From the NCBI GenBank assembly GCA_964016885.1, contig OZ024745.1, positions 21,204,001 through 21,268,000 on the forward strand: DNA of 64,000 nucleotides, given 5' to 3'. A program made the position numbers and the translations under genes. Below the pieces are notes generated by a model that was given only the letters and a program-made list of their open reading frames with translations, made no database searches and was not told the origin of the DNA. Below are positions 14,501 through 27,250 of this stretch, in pieces. Position 1 is the first letter of the stretch. Every line of letters begins with the position of its first letter. The DNA is from Eledone cirrhosa (lineage: Eukaryota).

Positions 14501-15537
14501 CATCTCCATGTATTCCTCACCGAACAACCGGTGTGGACGCCGTTTGTGAGACAGGCCTTCCCGCAACTTATCTCACTGACGGAGCTGCAGTCCTGGTGGG
14601 AGCCTGGCACATTGAATACGCTCAGGCACTCACAGTTCTTTTTCAAGCGGGCACGGCAATCAGTGGAGACTCCTCTTCGACATTCTATAGAGGGTTAGTA
14701 CGTTACAAGTGCTATGACGCGCTCGGAGAGACTCTGGGCGTCGAAGACGACGATCTCACCAGTCTGTTCGGTAAGACTTTCCGCCCGGGACGAATGAACA
14801 ACTTCCAGATGTCCCTATCCTAGCAGTGCAACCGAAGAACTCTAACAGTTCGAGACAAGATCTACAGGCACGGCAGAGATCCTTCCAAGAGGACGTGTCC
14901 AAGATGCGCGCAGGACATTGAAACAGTCCTGCACGCAATTGTACACTGCCCGGGCGTAACCGACCTGTGGAACTACGCAGAACAACTGCTGTCACATATG
15001 GGACAATCCAGTTGACTGCCGAGTCGATAGTAAGGATCAAACCACCAACTTCTTTCAAAAACGAAAGAGAGGCGGTTTTCCTCTGTATAGTGGCTATGGT
15101 AAAAGAGACGAGACTTGAGAGAACTGAGGACAAATGCCTTTCTCTCCGGACAACAACTCATTCCCTTCTTTAGGTACCACTTTAGAAGGAGAATCAGAGT
15201 GGGGAGAGAGGCACTGCACCCCAGTAAATTTACTGAAAAGTGGGTGAATGTAGCAAAAATGGCCCGAGTGATTGGGCCTTCTATGTATATAAACCCGTAG
15301 GTTGAAGATGAGAGCAAAAGGAAGAAAGGAGCACTTGCACAACACGCTCCAGGAGTTGAGGATTGTTCTATCTACGGGGTATAAAACAACCCATTTGTAA
15401 CGCCTCCCCCTATTGGTGATTTCGATTGTTGAATTTGTTTGTTTAAACATTTTTTTTACACGATTGTATGTAAAATCCCCAGCATATGTCCTTGTATTGT
15501 CCCCTTTTCTTGTGCGCCCTTGTGGCAAATAAAGAAC
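11590..15537 (+). mobile_element. Tx1/L1-clade LINE, 5'-truncated, decayed
   Basis: ORF1 remnant followed by ORF2. Ends at aataaagaac running into (TATC)n; both flanks are (TATC)/(TC)n. Confidence 0.85.
12043..15300 (+). pseudogene. ORF2: AP endonuclease - reverse transcriptase - CCHC zinc finger, disrupted
   Basis: MANLRVGSVNVRGL, GDWNG, SYLDRF, SDH (APE). RPITLLN..KILAK, LDQSKAFD, QGCPLS, AYADDV (RT). CPRC...ETVLHAIVHC. Several stops, frameshifts and deletions near 13330-13430. Confidence 0.9.
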
Positions 15538-15611
15538 TATATCTATCTATCTATGTAACTATGTATTTATTTAATTATTTATTTATTTATCTATTTATTT
15601 ATCTACTTTAC

Positions 15612-15667
<56 letters not shown>

Positions 15668-15835
15668 CTCTCTATCTCTTCCACCCTCTCTCTCTCTCTA
15701 TCTATCTATCTATCCGTCTATCTGTCTATCTACCTACCGTTCTACCGATATATCTATCTACCTAGCTATCTATCTGTCTTTCTATCTATCTACCCATGTA
15801 TCTATCTACTTCACTATGTATCTATCAATTTCTCC

Positions 15836-15966
<131 letters not shown>

Positions 15967-16048
15967 CAAAGCATTAGAAATGCGCAACCGGTAAAAACTT
16001 AAAACTAAAACTGAATACTAACCAATACTTATTACTAATTTATACTTA

Positions 16049-16179
16049 TTCCTAATTCCCACCCTACTACCCTAAGTATTGAGTACTCTGGTGCGTTATG
16101 ATCCATCTGGTAAGGAACCAGATGGATCATAACGCACCAGAGTACTCAATACTTAGGGTAGTAGGATGGGAATTAGGAA
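16049..16179. repeat. Near-perfect palindrome (~63-bp arms, 5-nt spacer)
   Basis: ttcctaattccc...gatccatctggt aagga accagatggatc...gggaattaggaa. Confidence 0.9.
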
Positions 16180-16186
16180 AAAAGAA

Positions 16187-16261
16187 GACCCCGGCGGACT
16201 GGCGGCTCTTTCTGAGTCCAGAAATAGCCGTCGAAACGGCTTGAGCTCTGCCGTCGGGGTC
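16187..16261 (+). ncRNA. Hammerhead-like fold with aberrant 5' core
   Basis: gaccc CGGCGGA ct ggcggct..agccgtc GAAA cggc-ttgagctct-gccg TC ggggtc. The same stem III family occurs as partial copies at ~40488-40506 and ~44460-44492. Confidence 0.5.
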
Positions 16262-16439
16262 ATACTTTTTCCTATATATATATATATATATATATAAGTA
16301 AGTATGTTTGGAAACAGTGAGCAGGTTTGAAATTAGAAAATAGAATAGCTTTCACCGTATTTTTGACTAAAGGAATTTTAGCCTGATAATGGGGTTTAGA
16401 ACCCTCAGATAAATGGAAAAAGATGAGTATATATATATA

Positions 16440-17545
16440 TCTAGGGAATGTAACTTGGAGTTACTGTAGGTTCACCCGGGTGAGAACTCGATGTTTAGGT
16501 TCACTTCTGTGTTGAGGTGTAGAGCTAGACAGAGTGTAATATATTGAAAGGATAACAAGGACGATTGGTTACTCATTCATTACATTTATTGGTAGGTGAC
16601 GCGCGTTTCGCCACTGATCAGCTCAAGGTTCGATCTGTATCGATCTTACCCAACTCTATAATCGGCAGCTCGACGGACCCTTTAAAATGCTAGTAGAAAA
16701 TGAATACATGCATATGATAAAGTCAGAAGTTCATATGTTGGTCAATATGAATTGTTTTGATTGGTGGAATAGATCATAGGGATGTATTCGTATGTAGTGT
16801 ATGTGGGGGTGGATGTGAAGATAAGATGATGGTGACGGTCGCTGGCTGGGCTGGGCTGTGGGGTGGGGGTAGTGGATTGTCGGTAGACAGATTGGCGTAT
16901 ATTTGTGGCTGATTATTGTGTGCGGTGTGGGTGTAGTGTTATTGTTTATGGTAATGGTATTTATGGTGGTGTGGTGGATGTGTTAGTGGTGTCAAATCAA
17001 TGGAGGGATACAAACTTAGACACTCTGAGTCTGACAAAAACGTTGTATAAATACACATGCGTATATATACTGACATATATAGACATACACACTTATATAC
17101 ACACACATACATACGTACACATACACCCACATATACATATATTTATATACATATATACACATATGCATGCGCGCGTGTGTATATATAGAGAGAGGGGGTG
17201 TCAGTGGGGGTGACGTAGTACATAGATAGAGGGAATGTGAGAGCCAATGGAGATGGCGTTGTACATATAAATATACTAACACACAGACACACACACTTGC
17301 GTTGGTTCGGGAGGGAAGGTATGTGTTGGCGATGTTAATGATGTTAATGATTGTTGGGATATGGAGTTGTGCCTTGTGGTGGCGGTGGTGGAGTTGTGAG
17401 CGACAAAAATATACAGGATCGAATAATACGATGGGTGACAGGTTAAAAAGTGACATAGGGAACACGGGGGAAAATGTTTGTGGACGTATTGCGATGTGTG
17501 TGGTCATGGTGGTGGTGGTGGTGAGGGGGTGATATGTTCGACAAT
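16440..17545 (-). mobile_element. PLE 3' region related to 21030-21600, with long-stem-II HHR-like motif at 16593-16681
   Basis: 17330-17540 aligns by eye with 21150-21375. Motif: gggt CCGTCGA ...long hairpin... GAAA CGCGCG TC acct then AATAAA. Confidence 0.55.
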
Positions 17546-17552
17546 ATATATA

Positions 17553-18505
17553 TAGACATGAAAAATGCGCAAGCTCAAAAGTGCCACAGAATGTTATAAT
17601 AAACCTTCAAAAGTGTGGGACTAGAGTTGTTGCTAAAAAATATTGTAATCATTATATATCGTACATTCTGTGGCATCCTTTATAAAAATAGCTTAAACCA
17701 ACGAAGCCTTTATTTTTACGCTATTTCACTTAGTTAATTCTTAGAGTGTAACATATAAAAATATGATTTACAACTATAAAATAAATTAATTAATATAATA
17801 ACAGAGCTGCGGAGCTGAAATTTAGGAAATAATGGAGTATCGGATCCTGAGTTGGAGCCAGTCAATTTTTGACCGACTCCGCAGCCCTGTATAATACATT
17901 TCATATTAAAGTTATTAATAAACCTATTTTACACTTCATGCAAATTACCACGAGATATTGATATTAGATATAAGATACAGCGCAATATCTACAGCTGTAA
18001 AAGTACGAAAGCGAAGTAATAATAAGTGGCTTAAGGTAATTCCAATATGAAAGTTTGTAGTGATAAAAATTTGATAATGCAATACGATTGTTAATATTAT
18101 AGTTCTATGAAAATGTAACAATAGATAACTAAATTATTTTACTATTAGTATATTTAAGAAATTATCATTATAGATTTGATCGTTCATATAAGCATCATAT
18201 TAAGTTTCAACACAATTATTTTGTTACTATGAGTATATGATAATAATATTACGTAATTATTTATAGCTGTTATTACATTAAACATAGATGTATTTATTTT
18301 TATATGTTACACTCTAAGAATTAACTAAGTGAAATAGCGTAAAAATAAAGGCTTCGTTGGTTTAAGCTATTTTTATAAAGGATGCCACAGAATGTACGAT
18401 ATATAATGATTACAATATTTTTTAGCAACAACTCTAGTCCCACACTTTTGAAGGTTTATTATAACATTCTGTGGCACTTTTGAGCTTGCGCATTTTTCAT
18501 GTCTA
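17553..18505. repeat. ~210-bp inverted repeat (17553-17763 / 18295-18505)
   Basis: Arms are essentially exact reverse complements. Confidence 0.9.
17802..17889. mobile_element. Small hAT-like MITE
   Basis: TIRs cagagctgcggag / ctccgcagccctg; 8-bp TSD tataataa / tataatac. Confidence 0.7.
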
Positions 18506-19063
18506 GTTTAATATTTTTTTAAGGCAACGCTTGTAATAACTCTAGTTAAACAGGATATATATTAATAATAAATTATCGTTGTAATGTAATTAGATTATGT
18601 AATTGTTATTATAAATTATCTTATAAATATTAGTGTAAGATGTATAAAAATATTTTCAGACTTTTAATATAAACAACTACAAAAAACAATCAATATTAAA
18701 TCAATATATTATACATAATAGAAAACAAAATATACAATACAAAAACAAAATATTTACATACATTTGCAATTATCAGTGTATATACATTTTCTTTATATTC
18801 CCTGAGCAAATTAATAAGATTTGTTTTTATTGTACATAATTTGATGACTTGTTGGAGTGTATTAAAAGATAGCAACAATTTGTGATTAAATTGTTATCTT
18901 AAGCAACTCACTTTTTAATAGTTGTTGGCTGAGCGAAATTGTAAAAGCCTATGAGCAAATATAAAAAAAAATACACAAACAACATTTCCTTGTGTTATTA
19001 CAACATTAGATAAAATAATTGAGCAATGTCGTTATATTTTGCTCTTATTGCACATTAATAGTG

Positions 19064-19230
19064 TTTCTATTTTTCGGCACAAATCCATTACGGCAGTCCA
19101 TTACTGGTACTTTATTTTATCGAATTAGTAAGTATGAAAGTCGAAGTTAACCTCGGCAGGATTTGAACTTAGAATGCAAAGGACCATAACAATACTGCAA
19201 AGCATGGTGTCTGACGCTCTACCAATACTT
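19064..19230 (-). mobile_element. Diverged tRNA-derived Nin-domain-like SINE
   Basis: ttactggtactttattttatcga...aacctcggcaggatttgaact matches the family core. Confidence 0.7.
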
Positions 19231-19623
19231 GTGTTGAGCTGGTCATTAATTTATGGTGGTCGTGCGTGGAGTAGAGCAATCGCTAGTTGAAATATTATGA
19301 ACAAAACATTTTTATTTGCCGAAGAACATATTTTCAATACTGTTTGTGAATGTGACGAAGGAAATACATTCTGATATGGAACAGTGTACAAAGTGTGTCT
19401 GTGAATAACATAATGTTACCTCATGTTGTTGTCAAGACATAATGGATTTCGTTTATCCAGTTAGAAGATGAAACCTAGCCATCTCGGATTAGTTATATTT
19501 CATGCCATGTGTAAACGTGTTTGAGGATAGCAAAATATGCGCGTTAATTATAATAATTAGTTAATAATATTACAAAATATACCTAATTAAACTCTTTGCT
19601 TGAAATTTTATCATTCTTCGTTT

Positions 19624-19656
<33 letters not shown>

Positions 19657-20264
19657 TCTAGTCCTTCGCTCAAGATTAATCTATAAGTTTAGATGTTTGC
19701 CTTCGTTTAAGTAAATATTACAGTAAGATTTTTAATATAAACAACTACAAAAAACAATTAATATTAAAACGAAAAAATTATCAATGATAAAAGAAGCGGA
19801 TGCAACTTTTTTTTTTATAAAGTTATATTCCTGTTTCTTTAAAGAACATTTCATTTTTGTTCTATTGTAGGCGAAATAATGCAATGGTTTAATAGGGAAG
19901 ATATAACTTACGAATTATGTCTCTAACCGTGTAACGCTTTTTAAGTAGATAACTACAATTGAAAATACTAAAGAAATGGAACCAACAATTCAATTTGAAA
20001 GTCGTCTAGTGACAGTGTATTACTGGTACTTTATTTTATCGACCCCGTAACGATGAAAGGCAAAAATGCAAATGCTTAAAATTTAAATTGCCTTAATTCT
20101 ATCGTCTGCTGTTTCATTAAAGGGAGATTCTCGTCTGTATTTAATTCTATCGTCTACTGTTCCACTAAACAGATATACCTCCACTATCGTCTCTATTTAT
20201 ACATTTTAACTTATAACTTATACACATTTGATTTGAAATATTTTATCTAGTCCCCCCCTCTCAA

Positions 20265-20311
20265 TATTATGATGATTTCTTTCGAATGAAACAGTTCTAG
20301 TCCTGTAGAAG
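20265..20311 (+). ncRNA. Degenerate copy of the 5781 hammerhead
   Basis: aTGATGA tttctttcgaat GAAA cagttctagtcctg TA gaag; C3 lost. Confidence 0.5.
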
Positions 20312-21029
20312 CCATTTATATATATAATTGAACTGAGTTAAAAATTCACAATATTTATAATTAAATAAGCTCATATATATATGTGTGTATTTATCTGTTT
20401 ATTGTATTATATATAATGTGTGTATATACAGGATGTCCCCCCAAAATATATACACACTTCAACAGCATTCTAATAACTATTGCCTGTACAGGTAATCAAA
20501 GTGTCAATCGAATGTTAGTTTCGTGTTTTAACAGTACAAATTTACAATACACACATAAAACCAGTGTATATACATACATGAATGTGTATACACATACATG
20601 AATGTGTATATACAATATATATGTATATATATATAGACACATATATTCACGGTGCAACGGTACATTAAAATATAGATGCGGGAGAGGGGGGTGTATATAT
20701 AGGGGCGCTGGGGATAAAGGAGTGTAAAGCGTGTGTAATTGATATATTGAAGGAGAGGAGCGTGCAGCGATAGAGTAACAAATATATAGAGAGGGGGAGA
20801 GATGGTATTGAAGGGGAGGAGTGCAAAGCGAAAGAGTAAGAGATATAAATAGAGACGGAACAGATAGAGAGAAACAGGCGTAAGTAACAGTGGAAGAGAT
20901 ATAGAGAGAGGTACTCTGATTGGTTGAAAATTAGCCAATGACATACGATCACCACCACGGCTATCCCCGAAAATTTTTTAAAGAAGCTAGGCATATATGT
21001 TAGAACACGAAAAGTGAACATTCTGTGTT

Positions 21030-22109
21030 TCACACTTTTCGTGTTCTAACAGATATACATAATCAGATGTTACGGTGGGTTACAGGGTAAAGCTGACAGA
21101 GAGGGCAGATATAACACAGTCGTTCTGGGAGTGAGGGTAGATATGTGTTGATGATGCTAATGATGTTAATGATTGTTGAAGTATGGAGATGTATCTAGTG
21201 GTGGCGGAGATGGTGTGTGCGACAGTATACTTACAGGATCGAATTTTGCGAGGGGTTGTAGGTTAAGGCAAACAGGGGAACATGAGGGAATAAGGTTGCG
21301 GGTGTGGGATGGTAGACATGTAGCGATATGTGCGGCGGTGGTGGTGGTTGCGGCGATGGGGTGATATGATCGATATTATATTTACAGGATCAGATGTTAC
21401 TATAGATTACAAGGTAAAACCTGACAGAGAGGACAGATCGAACACAATGTTACAAAGATGAGGGGTGTATGGCGATGTGATTTTTGGTGGGGCTGATGTA
21501 TGCGGCATGATATACAAACTATGGGCTTACAAATGGTTACATGCAATAAAATAAATTCACTGAGATGAGGGATGGTGAGACGGGGCAAAAGTGGTTATTA
21601 TTATGTTGGGTCATGGTTAGTGTGCGGCCCTCCGCCGAATGTTTGTGCAGAAAATGTGTTCGGCCTGGTGTGTCTGCAATTGATAATTATGTTCGACCTA
21701 TAGTTTATGGCAGATTTTAATTTAATTATCTCTGCCGCCTCGGCCAGGCATAACCTGCAGTGGTTTCTGTCACTGGGGAGTTGCGCCACGCGTCTTTGAC
21801 TGACCATATGATCTGGATTCGATGTTCCTGTCCTTGAGGTCCCAGATCAAATCGGCCAGTCTAGTTTGGGATCGTTTCAGCCTATGTTTAAAGGAGCTGC
21901 TATGGTTATACCAGCGCTCCTTAAACGCAGTGGAAGTTGCACCTATATATGAGTACTCTTTATTGCCAGCTGTGACATCGCACCGGTAAACAAGGTTTTT
22001 AACGAGGCACTCCCCGTTTAGTGGGCATTCAGCCCGTTTTTTGCAGTTGCAATTGGGTGTTACCGGTGTGGTGGCATGCTGTGTGGAGCTGGCATGTGGG
22101 TTGTTGTGT

Positions 22110-22112
<3 letters not shown>
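21030..22112 (-). mobile_element. Penelope-like element fragment (Hydra-type linker + GIY-YIG), 5'-truncated at (TA)n
   Basis: 21640-22075 minus translates as CNCKKRAECPLNGECLVKNLVYRC...YIGATSTAFKERWYNHSSSF...LIWDLKD...(frameshift)...CRLCLAEAAEI...NCRH. Confidence 0.85.
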
Positions 22113-22169
<57 letters not shown>

Positions 22170-22960
22170 AAATATATATATAATACGAATAAATAAGGAA
22201 AATATGTTTATTCAAAAATATAGACCAGCATTAAATATAGTCAACACCATAACATGCTAACCATCCAAACAGACACATACATACACACACACATAACACC
22301 CATACACACACAAATCCCTCCCCCATTTCTACTAATAGAATCATCTTCCTACACACGCACACACACACACCAGCAAACAAGCATATATATCTCTACTTTC
22401 TTTATTTCAATAGAAAGTCTGAATTTTGACACGCCAGCACAATAGCCATATTCACCGAACCAGAACAATTCTCCCCATCCCGTTTTTCTTGACCATTATC
22501 ATTTGTTTGGCACAAAATTCTCTAAAAAGGCTACAAAACAAATTCCAAAATACGGGCGCGAAATTTAATGTACTTGTTCACTTGACAGTCATAATTTCAT
22601 TTATAACCAATCAAATTACATTTATAAAAAAAATCCTTTGTGAGCCACCTTTTTTTAAGTAAAAAGAAATTCAAACACAAACTGGCGCGAAAGCTGATGT
22701 GCTTATTCACCTGACTGCATCAACCAACCAAACTTCACTCATATATGAAAAAACAACCTGCGCACCTCCCTTTTTTTTTGAAGGCAAAAATAATAAGAAC
22801 TTTGTAACGCGAACTGGCGCGAAATTTATTATACTTATTCACCAACCAAATCACTTTTTTAAAAAGCTGGCATTTCGAGGCACTTTTTTCCATATAAAAC
22901 AGAAGTAACATTCAAACACCAACCAGATGTGAGAAAAGCCACAAACCCTCCTCAACTCTA

Positions 22961-22996
22961 CTTTTGAAAAGCAGAAGAACTGCGAAACCGGTAAAG
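22961..22996 (+). ncRNA. Hammerhead variant with U3-A8 compensatory pair
   Basis: ctt TTGAAAA gcag-aagaa-ctgc GAAA CCGG TA aag, followed by AATAAA. Confidence 0.65.
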
Positions 22997-23073
22997 GAAC
23001 CAAATAAATATATATTTTTATAAAAAAAAACTCCAGTTACATTTTCGATTTCGTCTTTTTTCCTTATATATAT

Positions 23074-23173
23074 AATTGTTTCTACGTTTGGCACAAGGCC
23101 AGCAATTACCCAGAGCATTACTGGTACTTTATTTTATCGACCCCGTAAGGATGAAAGGCAAAGTTAACCTCAT
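23074..23173 (-). mobile_element. Nin-domain-like SINE, truncated
   Basis: Family core and 3' tail only. Confidence 0.8.
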
Positions 23174-23220
23174 ATATATAATATATATATGTGTGTATTC
23201 ATACACACACACACACGCGC

Positions 23221-23700
<480 letters not shown>

Positions 23701-23836
23701 CATATATACATATATACATATATAGAAAGATAGATAGATAGATATATAACTATCTATCCATCTATGTCTCCCTCTAAACATCAGTATTCAATTTTCTTTT
23801 TTATGCATCTGTCATTTTCACTTTGTCCCTGCTTGA

Positions 23837-23884
<48 letters not shown>

Positions 23885-24122
23885 GTATAGGATTATCCAA
23901 GATGTAGTAATGGTTAATTACTACACTGGATATGGTTGACGTACGGTGAGAGGTTACTCTACGAGTTATGGAAGAATTGTTGAAGAAACTTATTTCCTGA
24001 TCCTTCTGTAAATAGTTGTAAATTTGCACATAGCATAACTAGGCTGTAGTACCACCGTGGAAACATTTGTAAGCACACGGAATAAATTACCTTTTTATGA
24101 TGTCTACCTGTTATTATTCATT

Positions 24123-24286
<164 letters not shown>

Positions 24287-24639
24287 GGGAGAGAGAGAGA
24301 GAGAGAGAAAGGGAGAGTGTATGTATGTGTGCGTGTGTGTGTGTTTGTGTAGTAAAAGACTGATAACTTTTAAAATTCCGGTACAATACGGTAGAAATAT
24401 ATAAAAATAAAATGATGATAAATAAAACAAAACAAAGAATGTTTTAGTCAGTATGTTTCAACATGATATTTCATGGCTACTACCTTCTTTTCAAATGTGA
24501 AGCAGAAACGGTTGAATTAAAAACAAACGATCATTAAGAAGAACACACCGACGTTGAGTGCTTTTTGGTTATTACTTCATGACTTGGTGATTGGAAAGAC
24601 TGGGTCACTAACCTCAGTAACACCATAGAATATAAAGAG

Positions 24640-24730
<91 letters not shown>

Positions 24731-24924
24731 ATATATATGACCGACAGGTGTCACTATTTACCTTTCCTTTGTAGAAATCTATTTTACTCTTAAATGTAAT
24801 CTGAGTTTTTCAAATATTAATGATATTATTTGATTCGTCCGCAATTATGCAAACAGCCTCTTTTTTAAATACATGTCAGTAGAAAGAGCCCCTCCTTCTC
24901 GCTCTTGTGTTGGCATGCAAACAG

Positions 24925-24973
24925 AACTGCAGACACTAATGTTTCTGGGTGATTACCCTTCGTCAGTGCAGTT
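24925..24973 (-). ncRNA. Type I hammerhead ribozyme
   Basis: aactgca CTGACGA a-gggt-aatc-accc-a GAAA ca-ttag-tg TC tgcagtt. 7-bp stem I, GUC triplet. Confidence 0.9.
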
Positions 24974-25224
24974 TCCTGCTTACTTGGCATCTGTCAGAGC
25001 TAATGAAAATATATGATATTTTCTGAAATATACAGTTACAGATCGGTTTGATTTGCATATTAGCAGATCCACTGATCAGCCTGATTTGCATATCAGCAGA
25101 TAGGCCTGTCAGTTTCCTGTATACGAGCGAGAAATGGCCGGCTTTGCCACATTCAAATAAAAAAAATAAAATTTCGCTCTACATGGCTGAATACAATAAA
25201 TGTAATCTGAGTTTTTCGAATATA

Positions 25225-25420
25225 AATAATTGTTTCTACTTTAGGCACAAGGCCAGCAATTATCCAGTGCATTACTGGTACTTTATTTTATCGACCCTGT
25301 AAGGATGAAAGGCAAAGTCAACCTCGGCGGAATTTGAACTCAGATCGTAAAGGGACGTAACTATGCTGGAAAGCATGGCGTCCGACCCTCTACCGATACT
25401 GCCAATCCACCGCCCTTCCC
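25225..25420 (-). mobile_element. Full-length Nin-domain-like tRNA SINE with TSD
   Basis: A box TGGCAGTATCGG, B box GAGTTCAAAT, core gcctttcatccttacagggtcgataaaataaagtacc; TSD ttttcgaatataaataat. Confidence 0.85.
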
Positions 25421-25540
25421 TTTTCGAATATAAATAATAACATTCGATTCGTTTTAATATATGCAATCAGCCTCATTTTTTAAGCCATGTCAGTAGAATG
25501 AACCCTTCATTCTTGCTCTTGTGTTGGCATGTAAACAGAA

Positions 25541-25584
25541 CTGCAGGCACTAATGTTTCTGGGTATAACCCTTTATCAGTACAG
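25541..25584 (-). ncRNA. Mutated hammerhead (G8A, U16.1C)
   Basis: ctgta CTGATAA agggttataccca GAAA cattagtg CC tgcag. Confidence 0.6.
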
Positions 25585-25802
25585 CTCACTGTTCACCTTC
25601 CAACTGTCAGAGCTGGTGAAAATATATGCTATTTTCGAAAATATACAATGACTGATCGGCCTGATTTGCATATTAGCAGACTGGTCAGTCAGTTTCCTGT
25701 ATGCGAGCGATAAATAGCCGGCTTTGCCAAATACAAATAAAAAAGAAAATGTTCGCTCTACATGGCTGAATACAATAAATGTAATCTGAGTTTTTCGGAT
25801 AT

Positions 25803-25994
25803 TAATAATTGTTTCTGCTTTTGGCACAAGGCAAGCAAATACCCAGTGTATTACTGGTACTTTATTGTATCGACCCCGTAAGGATGAAAGGCAAAGTTAA
25901 CCTCGGCGGGATTTGAACTCAGATCATAAAGGGACGTAACTCTATGCTTCAAAGCATGATGTCCGACTCTCTACCGATACTGCCAATCCACCAA
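25803..25994 (-). mobile_element. Nin-domain-like tRNA SINE with TSD
   Basis: Same family; TSD ttttcg(g/a)atattaataat. Confidence 0.85.
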
Positions 25995-26178
25995 TTTTCG
26001 AATATTAATAATAACATTCGATTCGTTTGCAATTATGCAAACAAGCCTCAATTTTTAAGCCATGTCAGTACATTGAGCCCCTCATTCTTGCTCTTGTGTT
26101 TACACATTAATATTGAGTGCTTTTTTAATCAACGATTGAATGTATTTGGTATGATTATACATAAAACACTTTTATGCG

Positions 26179-26209
<31 letters not shown>

Positions 26210-26357
26210 ATGTTTGTGTGTATGTATATATATATATATAAATACACACACACATACTTTTCCACATACATACACACACATACATGTGTGTGTGTGTGTG
26301 TGCGCGCGCGTACGTGTGTGTGTGAGAGAGTGAGTGTATGTGTCTATATGTGTGTCA

Positions 26358-26395
<38 letters not shown>

Positions 26396-27250
26396 TATAT
26401 TTGCTTTTTTAAAAAAGTGAGCAGTGAACGTAGAAGTCATATGAGAACGCCTCCATTAAATTCACAGTGTCTCCCTATCCTTCTCTCCCTTCCTCATCGA
26501 CCATTCTTCCTGTCACCCGTACTGACCTACCCTACACCTCTCCCTCTCTCTATTGGTGACACCCCTCCCCCCTCTCTACTGGTGACAGAACCGTAAAACA
26601 CGAGAACTGTTTACTTCCTGACACCCAGTTCAAATATATTCGTTATTCGGTGCATCCATGACAACCGACCGTAAAAATAAGAAGCGACAGGAAACGAGAG
26701 CGTTGCCACCATTGCTGTTTGACGTCTCCACCATTGCTGTTTGACGTCTCCACCATCAGACCCACCATCACCGCCACCACAGCCACCACCATCACCGCTA
26801 CCACAGCCACCACCACCTTTGTTATCAAACAGCCACCACCATCATCACCACCACCACCACCACCATCACAGTCACCACCATCACCACCACCACAGCCACC
26901 ACCATCACCGCTACCACAGCCACCACCACCTTTGTTATCAAACAGCCACCACCATCATCACCACCATCATCACCACCACCACAGTCACCACCATCACCAT
27001 CACCACCACCACCACAGCCACCACCAGCACCAACACTAACATCACCATCAGCACCAACAACAACACCACCAATGACCGCCCTCATGAATGCCACCTCTTA
27101 CCAACATCAGCTCCAATAAAATAAATACCTTCTCCACCACCACTACTATCAGAAAACAATCTACTAACGAGAGAAGAAGCCTTTGTCGTCCATGGAAATA
27201 CTAAATATAGCAGCCAAATCTCTTTCAAATACCACCTCTCCATTTTACAG

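Larger units (their letters stand above)
24792..26100 (-). mobile_element. Retrozyme-like tandem repeat, subfamily 2 (~406-bp unit, ~2.3 copies, two SINE insertions)
   Basis: Unit aaatgtaatctgagtttttc...ggctgaatacaat repeats at 24792, ~25198 and ~25778; HHR in each full unit. Confidence 0.8.
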
